From positions 96,001 to 160,000 of the forward strand of contig CAVTDB010000026.1 in the NCBI GenBank assembly GCA_963733375.1: a stretch of DNA of 64,000 nucleotides. The letters are read 5' to 3'. Positions 12,279 to 23,178 of this stretch are shown one piece after another. This DNA is from Nitrospirota bacterium (GTDB lineage Bacteria > Nitrospirota > JACRHJ01). Position numbers and translations under genes: made by a program. Position 1 is the stretch's first letter. The number at the start of each line of letters is the position of its first letter. The notes beneath the pieces were generated by a model, which saw only the letters and a program-made list of their open reading frames with translations, did no database searches and was not told the DNA's origin.

Positions 12279-12309
12279 AAAAGCCCCCGTGAAAACGGGG
12301 GCTTTTTTT
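12279..12309. terminator. Intrinsic terminator, likely bidirectional
   Basis: AAAAGCCCCCG-TGAAAA-CGGGGGCTTTT plus a T run, between convergent genes. Confidence 0.85.
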
Positions 12310-12319
12310 ATGGGTCGAT

Positions 12320-12889
12320 CTAAAGCTTACGGGACTCAAAATTGTTCTGCCCGAAAAGGGCCTGCCACTCGTCGAACCTTTTTAACTGCTCCTCGCCGTA
12401 ACTTGCAATCATCTTACGGACGGCAGGGAGCGGCTTCTCTTCCGCAAGTCTGCTCGGTATCTTGGAGAAGAATTTGTCCGCCCAGCAGATTATCTTCTCC
12501 TCCAGCGTCACGGGTATCATGTCCCGCTCCGGCAGGGGAAGCCGATGTTTCTTTATGTCTTCCACCGACAAGCCCGCGCCCACATGCCGCTCGCAAACCA
12601 GCGCGTGCCGTGGATAACCTTCCTCCTCCAGCAGCACCCGCCCCAGGTAGCCGTGCTCGATATAATGCATGGGCCCGATGCAGCCGATCTTCGGCGCATG
12701 GACCTTGAATATCGCGATGTCATGCAGGAGGGAGGCTTCCTCAATGAACTGCATGTCGGGGTTTAAATCTTTTACCCGCTCCGCTGCCTTGAGCGCAAGG
12801 GCCGATACAGCCCTGCTGTGCGTGAGGAGATAGCTGTAGGTGCTGGAGTCGGTGAAGTAATATTTTCCAAGCAGTTTATATGGGTCCAT
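12320..12889 (-). CDS. HD-domain phosphohydrolase
   Basis: THS..V, LLHDIA, HGYLG, ERHVG, WADKF. Confidence 0.8.
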   Translation of the reverse strand: MDPYKLLGKYYFTDSSTYSYLLTHSRAVSALALKAAERVKDLNPDMQFIEEASLLHDIAIFKVHAPKIGCIGPMHYIEHGYLGRVLLEEEGYPRHALVCERHVGAGLSVEDIKKHRLPLPERDMIPVTLEEKIICWADKFFSKIPSRLAEEKPLPAVRKMIASYGEEQLKRFDEWQALFGQNNFESRKL

Positions 12890-12912
12890 GGGTTGATTTC
12901 CTTTAGGTATGA

Positions 12913-13399
12913 TTAAAGCTTTACAATCTCCGCTTTCAGGTCGTCATTTACCGTAATGACTGCGTATGAGTTCAAGGCTGCATGAATTTTGTCGGTGGGG
13001 CTTCCGGGGTTGACCAGCAGGACATTATCGCGCCTCTCGACATTCGCTCTGTGCGAATGCCCGTATACGATGCAGTCCACCTTGTCGTCTCTGAATTTTT
13101 TGACGACCCTGTCTTCCAGGTCCCGGACGCTGCCCCCGCCGTGTATGAGGCCAATTTTAAATTTCCCGGCCTGGATTATCTTTTTCTCGGGGAGGTGTTT
13201 CGAGAACGTCCCAGCCGTCCATATTCCCCGCCACCGCTTCGACCGGCGCATAAGCCTTCAGTTCGTCGATGACATCCAGGGAGGTTATGTCTCCGGCGTG
13301 GAGGATAAGGTCCGCGCCGCCGAGCGCCTCAAGAAGTGCGGCCGGAAGTGCGTTGCTCCCTTTTTCGATGTGGGTGTCGGATATGCAGACGATATTCAT
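12913..13399 (-). CDS. Metallophosphoesterase, YfcE/MJ0936 family (frameshift near 13180)
   Basis: ISDTH, HAGD, AGNMD, IHG, GHSH, NPGS across two frames. Confidence 0.85.
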
Positions 13400-14677
13400 A
13401 ACGAATCACAGGGACTGCATGATGACGTGCGGGTTTTCAGCTCTTCCACAAGCCGCTCGAATTTCACGTCCGACTGCTCGCGGGTCTTCATGTCACGGAG
13501 TATCGCCGCGCCTTTCGCAACCTCGTCCTCGCCGATTATGACGGTGAACGAGGCCCCGGAGCGGTCGGCCTTCTTCATCTGGTTCTTCAGGCCGCCCGGA
13601 GAGTAATCGCGCTCGGCGGAAACGCCGGCCTTCCTTAGACCCGTCCGCGAGCTTCTGCCCTATCCTTGCGGCCTCATCGCCAATTGCCGCGATGTATACC
13701 TTCGGGGGCGCAACGTTCGCGTCCGTTTCCGGGAGCATCATCAGCAGCCGCTCGACTCCGAGGGCGAAACCAATCCCCGGGGTAGGCGGGCCGCCTACTT
13801 CTTCCACAAGCCCGTCATATCTTCCCCCCGCGGCTACCGCGTTCTGCGCGCCCTTCTTGTCCACGGCTATCATCTCGAACGTGGTGCGGGAATAGTAATC
13901 GAGCCCGCGTACCATCCTGGGGTCTATGACATAATTAATACCCAGGTCGGCCAGGCCCTGCTTCACGGCTTCAAAATGCGTCCGGCATCCGTCGTCCAAG
14001 TATTCCGACATCATCGGCGCATCGGCAGTGGCGGTCTTGCAGTGTTCGGACTTGCAGTCAAGCGCCCGCAACGGGTTAGTCTCGATGCGCCTCTGGCAAT
14101 CAGGGCAGAGGAGGCTAAGCCTCTTTAGCAGGAAGGACTTAAGGGCGGCCTTGTATGCCGCCCTGCAATCCTTGCACCCGAGAGAATTTATATGCAGTTC
14201 GACTCCCTGCACCTTCAGCCGGTTGAATAACTCGACCAGCACCGCCAGCACGTCCACGTCAATACCTGGCTCCGATACCCCCAGCGCCTCCACGCCGACC
14301 TGGTGGAACTGCCGCAGCCGCCCGGCCTGCGGGCGTTCCCGGCGGAACATCGGTCCAATGTAATATACCTTCGTTACCGGCTGGGAGGCAAAAAGCTTAT
14401 GTTCCACGAATGCGCGCACGACTCCCGCCGTGCCTTCGGGCCGCAGTGTTATCTCGTCGCCGCCCTGGTCCTTGAATGCGTACATCTCCTTCTCCACAAT
14501 ATCGGAGGTCGCGCCGATACTCCGCGCGAAGAGGACGGTATGCTCGATTATCGGCGTGCGGATTTCGGAGAAGCCGTAGTCGGAAAAAAGTTTTCTTACG
14601 GAATTTTCCAGGTACTGCCACTTGGGCGAGTCCGCCGGAAGGATGTCTTTAACCCCTTTTATGGCCTGAGTAAGCAT
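13396..14677 (-). CDS. hisS: Histidine--tRNA ligase (frameshifts near the C-terminus)
   Basis: LRPEGTA, FRRERPQAGR..QFHQ, VRGLDYY, AGGRYDGL, GFALGVER. Confidence 0.96.
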
Positions 14678-14720
14678 GAGGGAAATATTAAAACATCGCG
14701 AGGAAATTGTAAAGCTTAAA

Positions 14721-17024
14721 TCAGGAATTTAAGGCCGCGGCGATTGCCGCCTGGCCGAGTGAGACGCAGGCGTCGTTGGCCGGGACCTTGCTGTGGGTGA
14801 TGACGCTGAAGCCGTCAGCCTTAAGCTTATCCAGTGCCGACTCGAAAAGCAGCGCGTTCTGGAAGACGCCGCCTGTGAGGACGACGCGGCTTATCTCCGT
14901 CTGGCGCCTCGCTTTCTCGCATATTTTGAGTACCGCTTCCGATATGGTATTATGGAAGCGCTTTGCAATCGTCTGGGCGGGCACTCCGTTTCTTATATCA
15001 TTGACCATTGCCTCGAAAAGCGGGACGGCGCGAATAACGGCCGGGGCGGCCCCTTCGATTGAAAGGTGATAAATCCCCTGGTCGTCCGATTTATCCGCGG
15101 CCATCTCGAGCGCTATCGCCGCCTCGCCCTCAAAAGTTATCCTGTCCTTTATGCCGAGAAGCGCGGATACGGCGTCAAAATATCTGCCCATGCCGCAGGA
15201 GAGGGGCGAGTTCACTTTTTTGCGGACCATTATCGAGACCGTATCGGCGTCATTCCCATACTGCTCGCCCCGAAGCTCGCGGAATATTTTTATGCCGTCA
15301 TCGCCGAAGGCGCTTATTAAAAATGATAACGCTACTCCTCCAGGGCTCAAGCACCGCCTTGTCTGCCCCGGGGAGCGGAACATAATCAAACCGTGCAAAC
15401 CGCTCAAAACCTTTCAGGTCCGCTATCAGGAATTCGCTACCCCAGGTGAGGCCGTCCGTGCCGTGGCCCGTGCCGTCGAACGCGACGCCGATAACCCTTT
15501 CCGTCACGCCGTTCTCCGCCATGCAGGCGGCGACGTGCGCGTGATGGTGCTGGACGGGTACGAGTTTTTTGTCCCCGCCGGTATCGTAGTCCAGCGCAAA
15601 CCGGGTACTTAAATAATCCGGGTGCAGGTCGTGGGCGATTATGTGCGGGTCGGCCTTGAACGTGCGCCTTAGGTTCCAGAGGGTTTCCTCGAAAAAGTTC
15701 ATCGCCTCGAAATTACCGAGGTCGCCGATGTGCTGGCTCATTATGGCGTAGGGGCCCTTTGTTATGCAGGATGTATTTTTCAGCTCCCCGCCGACAGCCA
15801 GTATCTCCGGCATCTCCCGGCCCAGGTCGAACGCACCCGGCACGTATCCACGCGCCCGCCGTATCAGCCTTGGTATTCCCGCGACTACCCGCGCCACGGA
15901 GTCGTCCACCCGCATGTATATCTCCCTGTCGTGCAGAAGGAACGAGTCCGCGAGCCCGGAAAGTTTTTCCAGGGCCTCGTCGTCGTCTGTCACGATAGGT
16001 TCTTCGGACAAATTTCCAGAGGTCATCACAAGCGCTTGTGGGGAGATTATCTTCGCCGGCTTTCGGGTGGTTGAAGAGGAGGCTATGGAGCGGAGTATAG
16101 GGCAGCATAAAACCGAGGTACGCGTTACCCGGCGCCACCTGCGGCGGATAGAAGCACCTCCGCCTCCGGTTTCTTCCGCAGCAGGACTATCGGCGCCTGG
16201 ACGGCTGTCAAAAGATGTTCTTCGACTTCATTTATAAAGCAATATTTATTTATTTGAGAGAGGTCCCGTGCCATCAGGGCGAAGGGTTTTAAATTTTTTC
16301 GCTTTCTTTCCCGGAGTGTATTTACCGCATAACCGTTGGACGCATCGCAGACGAGCTGAAATCCACCCAACCCTTTAACCGCCACGATTTTGCCGTCGGC
16401 TATATCCTTTATCGCCTTTACCAGGGCATCATCGCCGCTGACATCCGGCCCTTGGCCCCTGTATGTAATTCGGGGCCCGCATTCGGCGCAGGCGATTGGC
16501 TGAGCGTGGAAGCGGCGGTCAAGCGGGTCTTCATATTCTTTGAGGCAACCCTGGCACATCCCGAACTTTTTCATCGTCGTCAGGGGCCGGTCGTAGGGTA
16601 CGCCTTTTATTATCGAGTAGCGGGGGCCGCAGTTGGTGCAGTTAGTGAAGGGATAGAGATAGCGGCGCCTGTCGGAAGGGTCGTATATTTCGCGGAGGCA
16701 GTCCGGACAGACGGCGATATCGGGAGACACCAGCGAAAATTCATTTTCGGCCAGTTCGGAAAGTTTTATCTCGAACCGCTCATAACCGGCGAGAGGAAGC
16801 TCCTGGGATTCAACCGTTTCTATTTTCGCCAGGGGAGGGAGGCTGCCGAGAAGGGCGTCCTGGAAATTTTCCGCGCCTTCGCCCTCGACTTCTATCACGA
16901 CACCTTTCGAGGTGTTAAAAACGAAGCCTTTCAGTCCGAGCCTGGCGGCGAGTTTAAAAACATGGGGGCGAAATCCTACTCCCTGGACGATGCCGGTTAT
17001 GGATATTTTAAATCGTCTGGCCAT
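14721..17024 (-). CDS. hypF: [NiFe]-hydrogenase maturation carbamoyltransferase HypF (several frameshifts)
   Basis: GIVQGVGFRP, two Zn fingers (CPDC...CTNCGPRY; CQGC...HAQPIAC), KGLGG, QHHHAH, DGTG, TGGVFQN, PAND. Confidence 0.94.
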
Positions 17025-17674
17025 CAGCGGCGGGAGACGTTCTCGCGAAGCCAGCCGTACCAGGCATCAATTCCCTCGCCGGTGCGGCATGAGAGCGGGA
17101 ATATGGAAAGGGAGGGATTTATTGTAAGAGAGTCCGCCGTCGCCTTATCCAAATTAAAGTTCGTGTATGGTATAAGGTCTATTTTATTTATAATGAGCGA
17201 GCGGGACTCGTGCCACATGAGAGGGTACTTCAGCGGCTTGTCGTCTCCTTCCGCAGTCGATAGCAGCATGACCTTGCAGTCCTCGCCGACATTGAATTCC
17301 GCCGGGCACACTAAGTTGCCGACGTTCTCCACGATGAGCAGGTCCAGCCCGGCCAGGTCGAACTCTTCCAGCGCGCTTTTTATCATGCTCCCGTCCAGGT
17401 GGCACATGTTGCCGGTATTTATCTGGACTACAGGCACGCCGATTTTTTCGATCCTGTCGGCGTCCGCGGTTGTAGCGACGTCCCCCTCTATTACTCCTAT
17501 GCTCATCTCGTCCTTGAGCGCGGCGAGAGTTTTCTCAAGCAAGGTAGTCTTGCCAGCCCCCGGAGAAGACATCAGGTTTATCACGAACACGCCGTTCTTT
17601 TTGAAAAGCTCGCGGTTTTCCGCCGCTATTCTTTCGTTCGCGCTTAATATGTCCGCGACCACTTTTACTTTCAT
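17024..17674 (-). CDS. hypB: Hydrogenase nickel incorporation GTPase HypB
   Basis: SSPGAGKTT, IEGD, CHLD, ENVGNLVCPA, EGDDKP.KYP, NKID. Confidence 0.96.
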   Translation of the reverse strand: MKVKVVADILSANERIAAENRELFKKNGVFVINLMSSPGAGKTTLLEKTLAALKDEMSIGVIEGDVATTADADRIEKIGVPVVQINTGNMCHLDGSMIKSALEEFDLAGLDLLIVENVGNLVCPAEFNVGEDCKVMLLSTAEGDDKPLKYPLMWHESRSLIINKIDLIPYTNFNLDKATADSLTINPSLSIFPLSCRTGEGIDAWYGWLRENVSRR

Positions 17675-18019
17675 TATGCCTCCAGGTCTATTTCCTCAAT
17701 CAGCATTTCTCTGCCGGAAATTATCTCTATCTCGGGGCTGTCGCAGCGCTTGCATGAGAACGCGTAGCCGACCACATGGAATTCATTTCCGCAGGAGCGG
17801 CATCTTGCGGTAAGCGGCACGTCGATTACGGTAAGCTTTGCCCCTTCCGCGAGCGTCCCTTTCATTACTATCTCGAAAGCGAACCTGAAGGGCATCCTCC
17901 ACCACCCCGGCCATCTCGCCGATCTTCAGCGTCACCTGGTTTATGCGAGAGGCCTTGTTCTTCGCGGCTTCTTCCAGGAGTACGTCCAGGATGCTCTCGC
18001 AGATCGATACTTCGTGCAT
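17674..18019 (-). CDS. hypA: Hydrogenase nickel metallochaperone HypA (frameshift near 17895)
   Basis: MHEVSI N-terminus, CRSC...CKRC Zn site, SGREM. Confidence 0.93.
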
Positions 18020-18029
18020 TTATTTTTGT

Positions 18030-18869
18030 CTATAAGTTGGAGTATTTATATAAAAGCTCTATATCGTCGGCCACCTGCTTCGTCTCGCCCCGGATGGATT
18101 TTTCTTTAATCGTGAACTCGAAGATGTAGTTGCGGCTGGGAAGCTCGGAGAGGTCGAAATTGGTCTGAAGGGCCGCTTTGTTGAAATATATCGTGTTGTA
18201 AGGCGATTCTTTTTCGCGGCTGTCCATTATGCAGATTTCGCCTATCTGCTTCTGGAATTTCATAAAGCCGAAGTTGTCGTCCTGCTTGTAGAAATAGCAT
18301 GTACCCCGCACCCTGGACCCTACCTCGCCCCACTGGGACCGGTCTCTTCTGTCCTTCACCGGGAGAAGGTCCGGGATTAAATAGCCGGACATGAACATAT
18401 CGCACTCGCGCCTTAAGTCCTGAGAAACGTTATCGAAGGAAATAACCTCCACCCGGCACCCTTTGTTCTGGAGCGCCCGGACCACCTGCACGAAATCGCC
18501 GTCGCCGGTAGCCAGTATCACCCTCTCCAGGTTCTCCGACTGAAGGAGCGCGTCCACCGCCATGTCCAGGTCCGCATTCGCCTTCCCGAACTCGGTGCCG
18601 TCCTCGTTCGTGTACCACTTTACTTCCTTTTCGATTACCTTAAACCCGTTGTCGCGGATGGAAGAGAAGAATTTATTGATGTTATTGCTGTATTCGCCGT
18701 CACTCCCTGCGCGGCGCTTGTCGAAGGAGACGTAAGCGTTCAGGCGGATGGGTTCCGCATTCCCGCGGCAGGCAAAATTGCGGAGGATCTCATACCTCAT
18801 CCCGAACCCGCCGTTTCGCCGGATGTTCTCATTGTCAACAAATACACCGACTTTAAAAAATGAAGACAT
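18030..18869 (-). CDS. NYN (LabA/DUF88, PIN-like) domain protein with a C-terminal OB/cold-shock-like region
   Basis: VFVDNENI, KANADLDMAVD, LATGDGDF, GCRVEV; C-terminal 'GTCYFYKQDDNFGFM...IYF...FEF'. Confidence 0.8.
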   Translation of the reverse strand: MSSFFKVGVFVDNENIRRNGGFGMRYEILRNFACRGNAEPIRLNAYVSFDKRRAGSDGEYSNNINKFFSSIRDNGFKVIEKEVKWYTNEDGTEFGKANADLDMAVDALLQSENLERVILATGDGDFVQVVRALQNKGCRVEVISFDNVSQDLRRECDMFMSGYLIPDLLPVKDRRDRSQWGEVGSRVRGTCYFYKQDDNFGFMKFQKQIGEICIMDSREKESPYNTIYFNKAALQTNFDLSELPSRNYIFEFTIKEKSIRGETKQVADDIELLYKYSNL

Positions 18870-19034
18870 TATTTTCCTTATCGTAAATAGTATTAAAAAA
18901 TAATTGTAACATAACAGTGAGTTGTGGCAACAGTTTTTTTGCTTAAAAAAGCCAAATGGAAGTATGCGCAGTCAAGATTTCGAAACGAACGCTTTGTTGT
19001 TGAAGCGCGCCTTTAATAAGAGTAAAATAACGCA

Positions 19035-20511
19035 ATGCGTTTATTCGAGAAATTTCGTCTCCTGCCCGGGAAGATTTTGAATAACTGGGTCTGGCTGCTT
19101 ACGTGCATACTGCTCATCGCGGGGGCTATCCGGTTCTTTACCATGGGCGGTTATCCTCTTTTCGATAATACCGAATCCAGATATGCCGAAATAGCGAGGA
19201 AGATGGTAGAGACCCATATATGGGTCATGCCGCAGTACCACTATGGCGTCCCGTTCTGGGCGAAGCCGCCGCTGTCCACCTGGTCCTCGGCCGTCACCAT
19301 GGAGATCTTCGGCATAAACGAGTTTGCGGTAAGGTTGTCCTCCTTTATCTTCTCCCTTGGAATCTTCTGGCTGGTCTATGACATTGGCGATGAAAAAAGA
19401 CGGCCGGGGTTATGCCCTTAGTTCCTCAGTCGTCCTGTGGACGACCCCGGTTTTCTTTATCATAAGCGGCGGCGTCATGACGGACCCCTCTCTGGCGTTT
19501 GCCACGACGCTGGCAATGGCGGCATTCTGGAACGCGGCCTCTGGCACGGGCGGAAGGCGCGCCTGGGGTTATGCCTTTTTTGCAGCGCTGGGCATCGGTC
19601 TCCTGGCCAAGGGGCCCGTCGCCATCGTCCTGACAATGCTCCCGATAGGGGTCTGGGTATTATGGAAGAAAAAATGGAGCGAGGTCCGTCATAGCTTTCC
19701 GTGGTTTACAGGCAGCCTTTTGATGCTGGCCATCGCGGTGCCCTGGTATATCGCCGCGGAAATTTACTCGCCGGGCTTCCTCAAGTATTTCCTTATCGGC
19801 GAACACGTTATGCGGTTTATCGACAGCGGGTGGCACGGAGACAAGTATGGCTATGCGCATTCCCATATCCGGGGCACTGTCTGGCTGTACTGGCTGGCCG
19901 CGACATTTCCCTGGTGCGTCATCTTCATGAAGGCGCTCTTTAGCGATAAGTCAAAGGCGTCCGGCATCGTTAGTGACGGCTGGAGGTCGTACCTGATGCT
20001 CTGGGCTTTGACTCCCATGGTTTTTTTTACGCTGGCGGGCAATATCTTATGGACATACGTCCTGCCGGGCATCCCCGCGTTTGCGCTCCTTTTAGGAGAA
20101 ATAATCAACGAGCGGGCCGGTGAAAAAAAGGTAAGGCGTCAGGTCCTGGCGGCGGGCCTGCTGCTCCCGGTACTTTTCCTGGGAGTCGTGCTGTTCGCAA
20201 AACCTCTCAAGGTAGTGAAATGCCAGAAGGAAGTCGTGGAGGGATATTACCATGACCGCCCCAGTCCCGCAAGTCAGCTGGTATATCTTTTCAATAAGCC
20301 ATATTCGGCCGAGTTTTATTCAAATGGCAAGGCAATTCAAGCACTGAATCTAAAAACCGCCAAAACATACCTGCAAGTCGGAGCGCCTACCTTCTTTGTC
20401 ATCCAGGAAGGGCAGATGCTGCCGGAATACCTGAAGACCCGTCTTAGTTTTGTCCATGAATATGGAAAGTTCCAGCTCATGGAAGAAAAAACTTCTAACC
20501 AGCCGTCTTAA
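19035..20511 (+). CDS. ArnT/PMT-like (GT-C) membrane glycosyltransferase (frameshift near 19385)
   Basis: DNTESRYAEIARKM, FWAKPPL, FAVRL, GLLAKGPVA, PWY, YVLP. Confidence 0.85.
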
Positions 20512-20525
20512 GTACCCTTTTTCCC

Positions 20526-20552
20526 TGTAACTATATCCACCATTAAACCGTC
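20526..20552 (+). promoter_or_regulatory. Putative ECF-sigma promoter
   Basis: TGTAAC-17 nt-CGTC upstream of an operon that encodes an ECF sigma factor. Confidence 0.5.
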
Positions 20553-20594
20553 TATCATATTAACGGATAGATGGGGAGGAGAAAAGAGGGCGTT

Positions 20595-21872
20595 ATGAAA
20601 AGGCTGTATTTAGCGATACTTACGGTCTCTATGTTTCTTAGTTATACCGGCATCTTGCCGATTGCCGGTGAGTTATGCGCCGGATACCAAATCAGCGCCC
20701 TCCGTAGGCCAGCAGGTCATAAGAGAGGGCGATTATGCGGTTGAGCTGGTCCAGGCGCTGAAAATCGGCCCGCAACAGGGAGAGGCGGATGCGGAAACTG
20801 CTCTTGCCGCCCTCGGTATAACCCCTCAAAGCGGCTGGATTTCCGATTTTCCGGTCACTCCGGATATTATAGCGGACATCCAGGCGTCCATTGACGCAGC
20901 CGCCGACGCGGGTAAACTGCCGATAGGTAAAGCCGCTGCGGACCAGGCGTTCGTTGCCCTGAATACTGAAATTGGCATTGAGGTTACGCCGGCCGCGGAG
21001 GCGGGCCCGGAGGGCAATTATGCCGAGGACGAGGCATATACAGAGCCTACCGTAATAGAAAACTATTACTCCGACGAAGGACCGCCCGTTGTAACATATT
21101 ACGCGCCGCCACCCGATTACGCGTACCTGTACGCATGGGACCCGTTCCCGTTCTGGTGCGGTGGCTTCTGGTTCCCTGGTTACTACGTCCTTAACGATTT
21201 CGACTTCGCGTTCTTCGGCTATGGCCACTACGGCTATGGCCACCACGGGTTCTTCGGCAGGAGCGATTTCCGGTTCTACAGGAATCACCATGAGTTCTGG
21301 CATGGGAACAGGCAGTTAAGCAACCATGTCATCGACCCTGTTACAAGGCGTGCCGTGGCAATTGACCCGATCTCCAGGCGCCCATTCACCAGGACAGCTT
21401 TTCGTCCGGTAGGGGCCAGGTCTTTCGATCCTGTTGCCAGAACCGCAGGGCATGGACAGCGGTTTATCGGCAATGCCGGCGTCAGGAACGGCAGCAGGCA
21501 ATTCAGCAGGTCTTTTAACAGGACGAGCGCCGCGAATATAGTAAACAGGAGCACGGGCCGTTTAGGCACGGCTACATTCGGCAGGAGTGCCGGACAAGCC
21601 ACGGCTTCCGCAGGAATGATATATCCGGCGGTACGCAGTTCCGAGGGTACAACAGGCCGTCCGGGAGCTTCAACAGGCCGTCGTATAACCGGTCGTTTAG
21701 CCGGCCCGCAATGAGCGGAGGCAGATCGTTCAGCGCACCGAGCAGGTCGTTCAGTGGCGGCGGCGTAGCTCAGTGGCGGCGGTGGACGTGGCTACAGTGG
21801 CGGCGGCGGCGGTGGCCGTGGCGGCGGTGGAGGCGCGTAGTTGGTGGCGGCGGTTTTGGCGGCAGGCGGTGA
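20595..21872 (+). CDS. Secreted protein with Tyr/Pro/Trp-rich middle and Gly/Arg-rich tail (frameshifted)
   Basis: MKRLYLAILTVSMF signal-like start; PPVVTYYAPPPDYAYLYAW..PFWCGGFWFPGY; tail ending GGGGFGGRR*. Confidence 0.65.
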
Positions 21873-21903
21873 TTCAAGGAGATGAAAGCGTTATAATAAA
21901 GTA

Positions 21904-22470
21904 ATGAGCATCTCCTTAGAGGAACTGACCGACGAGAGTCTTGTGGAGGCGGCAAAATCCGGCGGGGACGAGGCATTTGCCGAGCTCGTCCGGAGGCATA
22001 AGCGCAAGGTTTTGCGCCTTGCCTCCCGGTTCGCCGGAGACAGGGGTGAGCTGGACGATATTTCCCAGGACATCTTCATAAAGATTTACCGGAACCTGGG
22101 CGGATATAGAAGAGAGGCGCCTTTCGAACATTGGCTGACACGGGTCGCGGTGAGCGCCTGCTACGATTTCTTACGGAAAAAGAAGAAGGGCAGCCGCGAC
22201 ATACCGCTGGAGGACGTGGAATACAGCCTTAGCATACCGGCGGATGAAGAGAAGAATTTCGAGGCCTTGCAGGCCAAAGAAATACTGGACAAGGCGCTTG
22301 TGAAGCTGAAGCCTAAAGAGCGGGTTATTATTACGCTGCTGGAACTGGAAGAGAGGTCCATAAAGGACGTGGCGGTTATTACGGGGTTATCCGAGGCAAA
22401 CATAAAAGTCCGGGCGTTTCGCGCGCGGAAGGCGCTGAAGAAAATCCTTGGGGTTAACGAAGAGGCATAA
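21904..22470 (+). CDS. ECF RNA polymerase sigma factor
   Basis: AFAELVRRH, DDISQDIF, FEHWLTRVAV, region 4 SIKDVAVITGLSEANIKVRAFRAR. Confidence 0.92.
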   Translation: MSISLEELTDESLVEAAKSGGDEAFAELVRRHKRKVLRLASRFAGDRGELDDISQDIFIKIYRNLGGYRREAPFEHWLTRVAVSACYDFLRKKKKGSRDIPLEDVEYSLSIPADEEKNFEALQAKEILDKALVKLKPKERVIITLLELEERSIKDVAVITGLSEANIKVRAFRARKALKKILGVNEEA

Positions 22471-22472
22471 AC

Positions 22473-22760
22473 ATGAAAAACAAAATGGACGAGCTTTTTA
22501 AACTGGCGCGGACCGTGGAGCCGGATATATACCACGTCGAGAGGGGGCTTGAGACGCGGGTCCTGGCGAGGCTCCGGGCGGAGCATGAATCCCTGGCCGT
22601 CTGGTTTACCTGGACATGGAGGCTCGTGCCAATTTTCGCGGTTTTAGTCATGGCGCTGGGAGGATGGTATTATTCATTTTCTCCTAATATCGACATGCGC
22701 ACCGCCATCACGGCTAATTACGAGCAGTCTATGCACCTGAGCAGCCTTATGGGAGACTGA
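22473..22760 (+). CDS. Putative membrane anti-sigma factor
   Basis: Directly after the ECF gene; LETRVLARL followed by a single TM segment. Confidence 0.6.
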   Translation: MKNKMDELFKLARTVEPDIYHVERGLETRVLARLRAEHESLAVWFTWTWRLVPIFAVLVMALGGWYYSFSPNIDMRTAITANYEQSMHLSSLMGD

Positions 22761-22762
22761 AG

Positions 22763-23140
22763 ATGAAAAAATGGAAGGTGGTCATAGGTATTATCGCCGT
22801 ATTCATACTTGGCGCTGTAGCCGGCGGAGTAATCAGTCATGCGGCATGCTGGAACAGGCCGCATTGGGGCGAAATTCATCCGAGGGAACAAGTAGTCAGG
22901 AGGCTCTCACGGAAGCTCCATTTAGACGCGGACCAGAAAGCGCAGGTCGAGGTAATAGTGAACGACGCGCACAACCAGATGCGCGAGATGCGCAGGGAGA
23001 CCCAGCCCAAGATTGATTCGATAATGGGAAATGCACAGCAGAAGATACGTGCAATCCTCCGTCCGGACCAGAAAGCGGAGTTCGAGAAGCTCATAGCCAG
23101 ATGGAAAGCGCAGCGGGAGAAGTTGCAGGAGAAAGATTAG
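22763..23140 (+). CDS. Spy/CpxP/ZraP-like periplasmic helical protein
   Basis: N-terminal TM, then LHLDADQ and ILRPDQ (LTxxQ-like motifs). Confidence 0.7.
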   Translation: MKKWKVVIGIIAVFILGAVAGGVISHAACWNRPHWGEIHPREQVVRRLSRKLHLDADQKAQVEVIVNDAHNQMREMRRETQPKIDSIMGNAQQKIRAILRPDQKAEFEKLIARWKAQREKLQEKD

Positions 23141-23178
23141 AGCGAAATTCATCGGGTCAGGAAGGTCCTACAGGGCGG

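Noticed and set aside
191-12280. Long antisense ORFs over ribosomal genes (e.g. 191-1051, 11276-12280) and similar ones over hypF/hypB, the ALDH and metK
   Set aside because: Shadow ORFs expected from GC-rich codon bias opposite conserved genes; no motifs recognised
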